Of a stretch of DNA of 32,000 nt, positions 1-7,906 are shown one piece after another (the stretch's first letter is position 1; every line of letters begins with the position of its first letter). A program made the position numbers and the translations under genes. The notes beneath the pieces are model-generated. The model did not search any database. It was not told the origin of the DNA and saw only the letters and a program-made list of their open reading frames with translations. Origin of the DNA: Tannockella kyphosi (GTDB lineage: Bacteria; Bacillota_I; Bacilli_A; Erysipelotrichales; Coprobacillaceae); NCBI RefSeq assembly GCF_021054785.1, contig NZ_CP088239.1, positions 630,001-662,000 of the forward strand. The letters are read 5' to 3'.

Positions 1-1
1 T

Positions 2-979
2 TGTGGTGTAGAGCTAGACATTGTTGAAGATACTAATTGGTCTTGGCGTTATGAACCAGGGTTTACAACAACTACTACAACTCAATACGCTGATTATGTA
101 AGTGGTGATGAAGCAACAGACTTAGACTATGTTACACAAAACATTTATGAATTTGATATAACTGATGGAAAAGTAAGTATTAGTGTTTATACTACTGAAG
201 TTGACGAAACGGAAGTGACTTATGTTATTGCAAATGTAATAACGGAAGTAGACAACAGTTATCAAGTTCGTACTGTAACTTATGGAAATGTTCAAGCAGA
301 TATAAGTGATTATTTGGAGGGATTTAATGCTGGAAACTTTGTAAGTATTGATAATTTCATAACTGAAATGTCTGAACAAGGAGTTTATCCAGTGTTTGAT
401 ACAACATCGGTTATGAGTGAAGATTCTAGTGGAAACATTACACAAACAACTACAACTGAAACATCTGCTTATAAAATTATTGATTATGATGAAGAAATAG
501 TAGCAAGAATTGAAGGGGATAAAGTAGGAGATAATGATGGTATTCTTGAATTAGGAGAAGGATTATTGGGAACTTACCAAAATACTGATTTTGAAAAAGA
601 TAATTATATAAATTATGAATATGCATATTACTTAACACAATATACATTTGATTCTATTGCAACAGTAACAACTGCTAAAGATGGATCATCAGCTATGATT
701 TTAGTTACTAATAGTACTGATTATTTAGATAAAAACGAAAGTGATGATTATTCTGATTGGACAAGAATTGATACTGAGCAATATACATATGAAGATAACA
801 ATGGAAACTTTGATTTAGATTCAAGTAATACAACAACTATGTATGCACCTGTATCAGCAGTATACTTTGACATTAATGAAGTAGATATTGATGTATATAA
901 TACATTAATGAATGAATATTGGTTATCATATAGCGAATTAGCTCAAAACACATTTTATGAATTAAGTGATCCAAGATAA
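2..979 (+). CDS. Secreted/surface protein, C-terminal part (5' end lies outside the window); acidic, Thr/Asp/Asn/Tyr-rich, function unknown
   Basis: The frame is open from base 2, so the track start at 215 is an internal GTG. TAA at 977-979. The next gene follows 14 nt later behind a GGAGG RBS, so this is the first member of a co-oriented cluster. I recognise no nameable motif. Confidence 0.6.
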   Translation, partial: CGVELDIVEDTNWSWRYEPGFTTTTTTQYADYVSGDEATDLDYVTQNIYEFDITDGKVSISVYTTEVDETEVTYVIANVITEVDNSYQVRTVTYGNVQADISDYLEGFNAGNFVSIDNFITEMSEQGVYPVFDTTSVMSEDSSGNITQTTTTETSAYKIIDYDEEIVARIEGDKVGDNDGILELGEGLLGTYQNTDFEKDNYINYEYAYYLTQYTFDSIATVTTAKDGSSAMILVTNSTDYLDKNESDDYSDWTRIDTEQYTYEDNNGNFDLDSSNTTTMYAPVSAVYFDINEVDIDVYNTLMNEYWLSYSELAQNTFYELSDPR

Positions 980-993
980 TAGGAGGGGATACA

Positions 994-1779
994 ATGAAAA
1001 CAACTAATAAAATAAGAATGAAAATAATAGAAAAATTCTTTCATAAAAACAAAAAAACAATGATGTCCCTTTGTTTAATAGTAATGTTCTTGGTGAGTGC
1101 TATTGGCCTAACTATTGCATATAAAATAGGAGTTAGTGATGAAATTGAAAACAACTTTGAAACACCAACAATTGTTACTCCTATTGAAGAAGAATTTGAT
1201 GGAGTTGTTAAAGAAAGTGTAACAGCAAGCAATTCATCAGATAGTGATGTGGATGTTTATGTAAGATTAAAATTTGTTGTAAATACAATGGAAGTTATCT
1301 ATGGAGATAATGGATATCCTATTCTAATAGATGAGCTAGGAAATGAATATAGTACGACTATAAATGAAGATGGGGAAGTTGTAGTATCTGATGAAAATTA
1401 TGACTCAACAACAGCGAGTACTTTGACTTATAAAACAGGTGCTCTTGTAGCAACTACTAGTTCATTTGATGAAAATGGTTATCTTGCTAATCATGCTACA
1501 ACTATTACAAATGTATTTGATGTAGAAGGCTTAAATGATACTGATTGGATTAGTGATGGAGATGGTGTATATTATTACAAATATTCTTTAGCTCCAGGAG
1601 AAACTGCGAATACATTAGTTGAAAAAATTTATCAAGAAGTATTTTATGATGGAGTAGTAGTAACTTTGACAATTATTGTGGATAGTGTTCAAGTAGATGG
1701 TTTAGAAGATTCATGGCAAGATGTAAGTTTGACGACTGATAGTGATGATAATCCAGTTGTTTATTTAGATAAAGAGTAG
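994..1779 (+). CDS. Secreted protein with SipW-cognate (TasA/camelysin-class) type signal peptide
   Basis: GGAGG RBS at 983-987. The N-terminus has a basic stretch, one TM helix, then ...TIAYKIGVSDEIENNFETP. This matches the T-x-AY-x(8-10)-N-x-F signature of SipW-dependent signal peptides as I remember it. The mature part is acidic and beta-rich. Confidence 0.55.
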   Translation: MKTTNKIRMKIIEKFFHKNKKTMMSLCLIVMFLVSAIGLTIAYKIGVSDEIENNFETPTIVTPIEEEFDGVVKESVTASNSSDSDVDVYVRLKFVVNTMEVIYGDNGYPILIDELGNEYSTTINEDGEVVVSDENYDSTTASTLTYKTGALVATTSSFDENGYLANHATTITNVFDVEGLNDTDWISDGDGVYYYKYSLAPGETANTLVEKIYQEVFYDGVVVTLTIIVDSVQVDGLEDSWQDVSLTTDSDDNPVVYLDKE

Positions 1780-1790
1780 GAGGAAGAAAA

Positions 1791-2516
1791 ATGAAGCATA
1801 AAAAGGTTTGTTTAAGTGTTATAGTAACTATGATATTACTAGTTATTACTTCTACCTCTTCCTTTGGTTTAACTTCAACACCAGAAGTAATATTTGATAC
1901 TAGTAGTGGAATGTTTAGTTATAACAATGCAAAAGTAAGCAGTAGCACAGGATGTCCTGATTTATTTACTGATATAAAAGGGGTAATACCTGGAGACAGT
2001 TTGGAGCAAGTTATAGAGTTAACGGTTGAAAATATTGGTGATGAAACTGTTTATATTTATCTACGTTCAAAAGGAGAATCAGAAGATTATACAACTTTAA
2101 TGGAAAATGTGTTATTCACTGTTAGTTATGATGATCAAGAAATCACAGGTTTATTAGAAGATGGTGTTATGTTAGGTGTTTTTAGTGAAAATAAGACAAC
2201 AGAAATCACAATTGTTTTAGAAATATCCATGGATGTAGGAAACGAAATAGCAAGTTTACAGGGAGAAATAGATTGGGTATTTGTGGCAGAAATTATTGAA
2301 GATACTGAAGAAATAGTTCCTATTTCAGAAAATGGATCCGAAGAAGAGACTATTATTACTTCAGAAGATGAATCAGATGAAGAGATTAGTAGCATTTTAG
2401 ATATTCTAGAAACAGGAGATAATACAAATATTACTATTCTAGTACTCTTCTTAGCAACATCTGTTATTACAATTATTATATTTGCTAAAAAAGAATCTAA
2501 AGAGAAGCAAAAATAA
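1791..2516 (+). CDS. Cell-surface protein with Sec signal peptide, TasA-like PGD segment and LPXTG-like (ILETG) C-terminal sorting signal
   Basis: AGGAGG RBS. Signal peptide MKHKKVCLSVIVTMILLVITSTSSFG. VIPGDSLEQVIELTVENIGDETV resembles the TasA/camelysin core. The C-terminus ILETGD + 21 hydrophobic residues + KKESKEKQK has the tripartite architecture of a sortase substrate. Confidence 0.6.
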   Translation: MKHKKVCLSVIVTMILLVITSTSSFGLTSTPEVIFDTSSGMFSYNNAKVSSSTGCPDLFTDIKGVIPGDSLEQVIELTVENIGDETVYIYLRSKGESEDYTTLMENVLFTVSYDDQEITGLLEDGVMLGVFSENKTTEITIVLEISMDVGNEIASLQGEIDWVFVAEIIEDTEEIVPISENGSEEETIITSEDESDEEISSILDILETGDNTNITILVLFLATSVITIIIFAKKESKEKQK

Positions 2517-2571
2517 TAGATTTATAAGATGAATGATAAAAATTTTAATTTTCAATGATTGTTTGGGATGC

Positions 2572-2602
2572 AAAAGAACTTGAATCTAATTCAAGTTCTT
2601 TT
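2572..2602 (+). terminator. Rho-independent terminator of the surface-protein cluster
   Basis: AAAAGAACTTGAAT-cta-ATTCAAGTTCTTTT forms a perfect 14-bp stem with a T-run. Confidence 0.8.
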
Positions 2603-2703
2603 GGCGAGTTATGAAAAAAGATACAGAATGTAATGAAAAGAAGAGCAAACATTTTTTTCTTTTATAGAAAGTGATATAGTATAGAAAAGTAGGAGGGATG
2701 GAT

Positions 2704-3249
2704 ATGGAAATATCGATTTTATGGTTATTGTTTATTATGGCATATTTGATTGTCATTCAGATTTGCTTTTATTTTATTGTTCTAAAAAAAATAGGCAGAG
2801 AAAAAAGATGCTGTGAAAAAACAGTAGGTGTAGTCAAAAGAATGTCTAGTATTTACTATGGGGATGCACATACTGCAGTTGTAGAATATTTTGTAAATAA
2901 TAAAAAGTATAAAGTAGTTGGACCTAAGTTTTTGGGAGGAACATGTATTACTGTAAAAACACCTTCTCAAGATATAGAAACAGCTTTTGAATCAAATTTA
3001 ACATCCAAGGATAATCTACCATTATATGTTCATACCAAAATATATAAAAATTCAATAGCTTGTAAAACTTGTTCACCGATTCTTGAATTATTTCCAATAG
3101 GCTCAGATGTAGATGTATATTATAACCCTAATAAACCAAAGGAAGCATACGTACATCGATTTGAAGGTATTTCAAAAATAGTAGTGGGTATATTTGTAGG
3201 AGCAAATATGTTATTGCTAGTTTTTGCATTTATTTTATTTATATTATAA
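2704..3249 (+). CDS. DUF3592-like membrane protein (TM - beta-rich domain - TM)
   Basis: N- and C-terminal TM helices flank a soluble segment containing VVEYFVNNKKY...VDVYYNPNKPKEAY, typical of DUF3592 as I recall it. The AGGAGGG RBS at 2691-2697 is spaced correctly for the ATG at 2704. The track start at 2698 abuts the RBS. Confidence 0.55.
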   Translation: MEISILWLLFIMAYLIVIQICFYFIVLKKIGREKRCCEKTVGVVKRMSSIYYGDAHTAVVEYFVNNKKYKVVGPKFLGGTCITVKTPSQDIETAFESNLTSKDNLPLYVHTKIYKNSIACKTCSPILELFPIGSDVDVYYNPNKPKEAYVHRFEGISKIVVGIFVGANMLLLVFAFILFIL

Positions 3250-3296
3250 AGTTATAAATAACTTAAAAAAGAATATAAATTATTATAATTAGTATA

Positions 3297-3330
3297 TAAA
3301 AACAGATGAATCTCTATTCATCTGTTTTAG
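3297..3330. terminator. Bidirectional rho-independent terminator between convergent genes
   Basis: AACAGATGAAT-ctct-ATTCATCTGTT forms an 11-bp stem with an A-run upstream and a T-run downstream. Confidence 0.8.
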
Positions 3331-3365
3331 ATAAGAATTGTATTATTTTATCTTTTTAGGAAACA

Positions 3366-3578
3366 CTAACAATATCTAAAATATAGAATGACTGCTAGTA
3401 AAAGAAAAACAATAACATATGCCCCAAAAGAAGCTTTTTTACGTGGTCTAGGTGGGTGAGAAGAACCGTTATGATTCATATTATGATTATTTCTAGGTGG
3501 TGGTGTGTGACCTCTTCTTGGAGGGTGTCCGCCATGTCCACCTCTAGGACCTTTTCTTTCTTCGTTTTGATTCGCCAT
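3366..3578 (-). CDS. Tail-anchored microprotein (70 aa) with His/Pro/Gly/Arg-rich N-terminal region
   Basis: Strong RBS (AAAGGAGGA) 8 nt upstream of the ATG. The N-terminal 45 aa contain GPRGGHGGHPPRRGHTPPPRNNHNMNHNGSSHPPRPRKK. A single C-terminal TM helix follows (FGAYVIVFLLLAVILYF). The terminator at 3297-3330 lies downstream. Confidence 0.65.
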   Translation of the reverse strand: MANQNEERKGPRGGHGGHPPRRGHTPPPRNNHNMNHNGSSHPPRPRKKASFGAYVIVFLLLAVILYFRYC

Positions 3579-3766
3579 TTATAAATCCTCCTTTGTATTC
3601 TATTCTATGTCTATACAGTATCATAAATAACAACTATTTCTCAATCATATTTGATTAAAAAGTATAAATAACATAATTCTAAGACTTTTGTTTCACATTT
3701 ATTTATTGTTTTACCTCACAACTTTCACACATATTTATGTTAAATTAGATAGATACAAGGTAGGAG

Positions 3767-5329
3767 ATGACTAAATTGAAAAAATATGTATATATAGTAA
3801 TGAACATTCTATGTCTAGTAATTATTACTTTGACAGTTAGTTCTTTATTAAGTGATTTAATAACAAATCTACTATTTGATAGTTCTTCAGTAGAAGAAAG
3901 TTATACTTATAGTAGTAGCTCTAGTAGTGGAGGAAGTTCTAGTAGTAGCAGTAGTGACAGTAGTACAAATACGCAGACGTTAACATCATTTAGTGATGAG
4001 GATATTGCGGATATGTTTACAGATAGAGATTTAGACTATGATTATGACGAGAGTACTGCCACTTCTATTAGTTTAGATGATGAAACAATTACGATTAGTG
4101 AAGAAGGAGTATATATATTATCTGGTAGTATTAGTGATGGACAAGTTATTGTAGAGGCCTCAGATAGTGCAAAAATACAATTAGTATTGGATGGAGTTAC
4201 TATTAATTCTAGTTCATCTGCAGCAATATATGTTATTTTGGCAGATAAGGTTTTTATTACATTGGCTGATAATAGTGATAATACATTGTCTACAAGTGGA
4301 GAGTATGTTGACACGGATGATGAAGGTGTGGATGCTGTTGTTTATTCGAAGAGTGATATTACTTTTAATGGAACAGGGACGCTTACGATCAATGCTACTT
4401 ATGGTCATGGTATAGAAGCTAAGGATGATATTGCTTTTACAAGTGGAACCTATATTATTACTTCAAAGAATCATGGTATTAATGCAAATGATAGTATTCG
4501 TATCGTAAATGCTGATTTTACAATTGATAGTGGTAAAGATGGTATGCAGTGTGAAAACAGTGATGATACGTCGAAAGGTTATATTTATATTGCAAGTGGA
4601 ACATTTACGATTAATTCAGTAGCCGATTGTATGGATGCTTCTAGTTGTTTACAAATTGATGGAGGAGAATTTGATTTAACTGGTGGTAATGGATATGAGG
4701 GTGTTTTAAATTCAATTACAGTAGGTGAAGGATCAAGTGGTAGTGTAATGGCTACGGATACTTTAGAGTATAGTATGAAATGCATAAAAGCAGGAACTAT
4801 TATTTTTAATGATGGAATATTTAATCTTTCAGCTTATGAAGATACGATTCATTCTAATGGAGATTTAACAATGAATGGTGGAGAATTTTATATTGTAACA
4901 GGGGATGATGCTATTCATGCGGATTATGATTTAACGATTAATGATGCAATTATTGAAATTGAATATGGATATGAAGGTATTGAGGGAGATAATATTACAA
5001 TTAATGGAGGAACTATAAGTGTTATTGTACTTGATGATGGAATCAATGCTGGAAGTAGTTCAGGAACTTTAACGATTACTGGTGGAGACATTTATGTAGC
5101 TTGCCAAGGGGATGGTTTTGATTCAAACGGAGATTTTGAAATGACGGGTGGAAATGTAGTTCTTGATGTCAGTGCAATTTATACAGCTGGAGATAGCGAA
5201 ATCGATGTTACAGGTAGTGTAAGTTATACTGGTGGATCAATTGTGGATGAAAATGGAGATGAAGTTAGTACTTCTGGTAGTTCATCTAGTTCTTCTAGTC
5301 GATCATTTAGCGTTCCTTCAAGAAGATAA
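3767..5329 (+). CDS. Membrane-anchored beta-helix surface protein, Cthe_2159-type carbohydrate-binding family
   Basis: An N-terminal TM anchor is followed by a poly-Ser linker. Then come periodic segments: ITISEEGVYILSGSISDGQVIVEA...IQLVLDGVTINSSSSAAIYV...ADKVFITLADNSDNTLS...ITFNGTGTLTINATYGHGIEAKDDI. These are characteristic of the Cthe_2159 (PF14262) parallel beta-helix family as I remember it. Confidence 0.6.
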   Translation: MTKLKKYVYIVMNILCLVIITLTVSSLLSDLITNLLFDSSSVEESYTYSSSSSSGGSSSSSSSDSSTNTQTLTSFSDEDIADMFTDRDLDYDYDESTATSISLDDETITISEEGVYILSGSISDGQVIVEASDSAKIQLVLDGVTINSSSSAAIYVILADKVFITLADNSDNTLSTSGEYVDTDDEGVDAVVYSKSDITFNGTGTLTINATYGHGIEAKDDIAFTSGTYIITSKNHGINANDSIRIVNADFTIDSGKDGMQCENSDDTSKGYIYIASGTFTINSVADCMDASSCLQIDGGEFDLTGGNGYEGVLNSITVGEGSSGSVMATDTLEYSMKCIKAGTIIFNDGIFNLSAYEDTIHSNGDLTMNGGEFYIVTGDDAIHADYDLTINDAIIEIEYGYEGIEGDNITINGGTISVIVLDDGINAGSSSGTLTITGGDIYVACQGDGFDSNGDFEMTGGNVVLDVSAIYTAGDSEIDVTGSVSYTGGSIVDENGDEVSTSGSSSSSSSRSFSVPSRR

Positions 5330-5340
5330 AAATTAATTAA

Positions 5341-5369
5341 AAATGTCACTTTTTGTAGTGACATTTTTT
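5341..5369 (+). terminator. Rho-independent terminator, also the probable DNA target of the downstream group IIC intron
   Basis: AAATGTCACT-ttttgt-AGTGACATTT forms a perfect 10-bp stem followed by TTTTTT. The intron 5' GUGUG begins 2 nt after the T-run. Confidence 0.85.
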
Positions 5370-5886
5370 AAGTGTGCCAGGCATGGTATACATCTAAGTG
5401 GTGAAAGTCCACCGTGGGGGAATAGTCGCCAACCACTAGTCGAAGTCAAGGGTGTCCATCGTGAGGCGGAATCTGAAGGAAGAATTAGACAAAACTCTGG
5501 TCTTAGGAACACGAACTATATCAGGCAGGAGATAAGAGACAAGTGTGCTTAACAACACAAAATCTAACAGACTATGAAGTACTTATCTAATGTAAATATG
5601 GAAGATATATGGAGGGAAAGATGTATAGCCTTACCCTGGGAGGTCTCACAAGCGAGAAAGTAGTAACAACGAATTGTGAGAAGTCAGCCGAGGTCGTAGT
5701 AGTGAGGAAGTACCTGTAATGGGTATGGAGCAAAGGACTGAACAGATTTATCAGTTAAAGAACTGTCAAATTGCACCGGTATGTGTAACTCGAGGACAAG
5801 AGTGAAACTAGAATAGTGAGTAAACAAGAACGGAGGAAAGCTATAAGTCAACATACAGGAAACGAAAGGAAGGGAAGTAACGAAAT

Positions 5887-7176
5887 ATGGAAACAGAAAG
5901 AAATGAATTACTTAATCAACTGCTTAGTGAAGAAAATATGATAGAAGCATATAAGCAAGTCAAACGAAATAGAGGAGCTAGTGGAATAGATGGTATGGAA
6001 GTAACTGAGTTAAAGGAATACCTAGAAGAACACGGCGAAGAAATTAAAGAAGAGATAAGGACAAGGAGATATAAACCTAGTCCGGTAAGAAGGGTAGAAA
6101 TACCAAAAGAGAATGGTGGAGTAAGATTACTTGGAATACCAACAGTAAAAGATAGAATGGTACAACAAATGATAGTGCAAGTATTAACACCAATCTATGA
6201 ACCGATATTTAGTGAACATAGCTATGGGTTCAGACCGGGTAGAAACTGTGAAATGGCAATCATAAAAGTATTAGAGCACATGAATGAAGGATTGCATTGG
6301 ATAGTAGATATTGACTTAGAGAAATTCTTTGATAATGTTCACCATGATAAACTAATTCGACTAGTGAGTCAACAGGTAAAAGATGGTGATGTAATATCCC
6401 TAATTAGAAAATTCCTAAGAAGTGGAATCATGATTGATGACGAATATAAAGAATCAACAATCGGAACGCCACAGGGCGGAAATCTTAGTCCATTATTATC
6501 AAATATTATGCTTGATGTGTTGGATAAGGAATTAGAGGCAAGAGGACTTAATTTCGTAAGATATGCAGATGATGTGCAAATATTGGTAGGAAGTCAAAAA
6601 GCAGCAAATAGAGTAATAGAGAATGTGAGTAGGTACATAGAAAAGAAACTAGGATTAAAAGTAAATATGACAAAAAGCAAAGTCAACAAACCAGAGGGTA
6701 CAAAATACCTAGGGTTTGGATTTTACTATGATAAACTTCAAAAGACCTATAAAGCGAAACCACATAAACTTTCTGTAGAAAAACTGAAAAGAAAACTGAA
6801 GCAACTTACAAGCCGGAATTGGGGAGTGAGCATGGACTACAGACTACTAAAGATAAAGCAATTGATAGTAGGATGGGTCAACTACTTTAGAATAGCGAGT
6901 TTTAAGAAAGTGTGCAAACAAATAGATGCACATACACGGTTTAGACTTAGAATGTGCATATGGAAACGATGGAAAAGAATAGGTACAAAATACAGAGCAC
7001 TAATAAAACTAGGAGTAAACAAATATAAAGCATGGGAATGGGCGAATAGCAGAAAAGCATACGCACGAGTTGCCATGTCATATATCATGTGTAGAACGGT
7101 AACGAACGATAGACTAAAGAAAAGAGGTCTAGTATCACTACTAGACCAGTATCAGTTAAAACATATTTTAGTATAA
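5887..7176 (+). CDS. ltrA: Group II intron reverse transcriptase/maturase (no DNA endonuclease domain)
   Basis: RT blocks RRVEIPKENGGVRLLGIPTVKDRMVQQ, FSEHSYGFRPGRNCEMA, DIDLEKFFDNVHHD, TPQGGNLSPLLSNIML and the YADD box (FVRYADDVQILV). The X/maturase region contains GWVNYFRIAS. At 429 aa the C-terminus has no HNH motif. Confidence 0.95.
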   Translation: METERNELLNQLLSEENMIEAYKQVKRNRGASGIDGMEVTELKEYLEEHGEEIKEEIRTRRYKPSPVRRVEIPKENGGVRLLGIPTVKDRMVQQMIVQVLTPIYEPIFSEHSYGFRPGRNCEMAIIKVLEHMNEGLHWIVDIDLEKFFDNVHHDKLIRLVSQQVKDGDVISLIRKFLRSGIMIDDEYKESTIGTPQGGNLSPLLSNIMLDVLDKELEARGLNFVRYADDVQILVGSQKAANRVIENVSRYIEKKLGLKVNMTKSKVNKPEGTKYLGFGFYYDKLQKTYKAKPHKLSVEKLKRKLKQLTSRNWGVSMDYRLLKIKQLIVGWVNYFRIASFKKVCKQIDAHTRFRLRMCIWKRWKRIGTKYRALIKLGVNKYKAWEWANSRKAYARVAMSYIMCRTVTNDRLKKRGLVSLLDQYQLKHILV

Positions 7177-7182
7177 ATTTGA

Positions 7183-7253
7183 ACCGCCGTACACCGAACG
7201 GTACATACGGTGGTGTGAGAGGACGATAAATAAATTAATTATTTATCTCCTAC
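7183..7253 (+). ncRNA. Group II intron domains V and VI
   Basis: DV: ACCGCCGUA(C)-ACC-GAAC-GGU-AC-(A)UACGGUGGU. DVI: GAGGA(c)GAUAAAUAA-auuaa-UUAUUUAUC-UCCU-A*-C, with the unpaired A at 7252 as candidate branch point. Confidence 0.7.
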
Positions 7254-7285
7254 TCGATTCAAGAAGATACGTTTTTAAGACATTA

Positions 7286-7294
7286 TGCTATAAT
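7286..7294 (+). promoter_or_regulatory. Extended -10 promoter element (TGcTATAAT) for the GNAT gene
   Basis: TGCTATAAT lies 63 nt upstream of the ATG at 7357. No convincing -35 was found. Confidence 0.4.
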
Positions 7295-7356
7295 GAAGAA
7301 GTTACTAGAAAGATAGTAGTTTATTTTGTAGTGATAGGATGAATGGAGAATAACGA

Positions 7357-7869
7357 ATGATAATTAGACAAGAAGAATATAAAGACTTTGCTGAAATTAG
7401 AGAACTTGTTAAAAGTGCTTTTGAAAATGCAGAACATACAGATGGAAATGAGTATAAATTATTAGATCTATTAAGAAAAAGTGATGGTTTTATCAAAGAA
7501 CTTGCACTAGTTGCTGTAATGGATGATAAAATAATAGGTCATATTATGTTTACAAAAGTTAAGGTAAGAAAGCATATTGGTCTTGCATTAGCACCATTGT
7601 CCGTATTACCTGATAAACAAAAAAAGGGAGTGGGTCAGACTCTTATGAATGAAGCACATGCTATTGCTAAAGAATTAGGATATCCTTTTTCAATTGTATT
7701 AGGTGATGAAAATTATTATCCTAAAGTAGGATATCAAAAAGCAAGTTTGTTTAAAGTAGTAGCTCCTTTTGAAGTCCCAGAAGAAAATTATATGATATTA
7801 TTTTTAACAAAACAGAACTTTTTATTAGATGGTACAGTAGAATACGTAAAGGAAATGTTTGAACTATAA
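7357..7869 (+). CDS. GNAT family N-acetyltransferase (YhbS-like)
   Basis: The acetyl-CoA binding segment LSVLPDKQKKGVGQTLMNEA matches Q/R-x-x-G-x-G/A. The C-terminal GDENYYPKVGYQKAS is typical of YhbS-type GNATs. GGAG RBS. Confidence 0.8.
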   Translation: MIIRQEEYKDFAEIRELVKSAFENAEHTDGNEYKLLDLLRKSDGFIKELALVAVMDDKIIGHIMFTKVKVRKHIGLALAPLSVLPDKQKKGVGQTLMNEAHAIAKELGYPFSIVLGDENYYPKVGYQKASLFKVVAPFEVPEENYMILFLTKQNFLLDGTVEYVKEMFEL

Positions 7870-7872
7870 AAT

Positions 7873-7904
7873 AAAAAAGAGGTAACCCACAAGTTACCTC
7901 TTTT
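7873..7904. terminator. Bidirectional terminator between GNAT gene and putP
   Basis: AGAGGTAAC-ccacaa-GTTACCTCT, with an A-run on the 5' side and a T-run on the 3' side. Confidence 0.8.
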
Positions 7905-7906
7905 CA

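Larger units (their letters stand above)
5372..7258 (+). mobile_element. Group II intron, bacterial class C (IIC)-like, apparently full length (3' boundary +/- 2 nt)
   Basis: The 5' end is GUGUG at 5372. About 515 nt of structured, relatively GC-rich RNA precede the ORF. The RT/maturase ORF sits in the domain IV position. Domain V (7183-7214) carries CGC at the catalytic-triad position and a 3'-strand bulge. Domain VI (7219-7253) has a bulged A at 7252. The element lies in an intergenic site directly after a terminator hairpin. Confidence 0.85.

Noticed and set aside
122-445. ORFs of 60-107 aa antisense to long genes. They are 122-445, 1041-1232, 2135-2395, 2782-2970, 4042-4314, 4191-4415, 4214-4408, 4585-4785, 6882-7088, 7305-7496, 8133-8372, 9256-9447, 9378-9560, 14159-14362, 19485-19721, 20077-20322, 20635-20889, 21067-21282, 22046-22249, 23490-23675, 24693-24890, 27796-28053 and 28782-29024.
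   Set aside because: All lie inside, or opposite to, much longer ORFs with recognisable motifs. They lack Shine-Dalgarno sequences and have the low-complexity Ile/Ser/Leu/Phe composition expected from reading AT-rich coding DNA in the wrong frame.
3890-3965. Repetitive AGT/AGC DNA as a possible tandem-repeat element or CRISPR-like array
   Set aside because: It is in frame within a long ORF and simply encodes a poly-Ser linker. I found no regularly spaced repeat-spacer structure anywhere in the window.
5343-5552. 69-aa ORF immediately after the Cthe_2159-like gene
   Set aside because: It lies within domain I of the group II intron RNA, starting before the GUGUG 5' end and running through the structured GC-rich region. 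It has no RBS, and its relatively GC-rich composition reflects RNA structure rather than coding.
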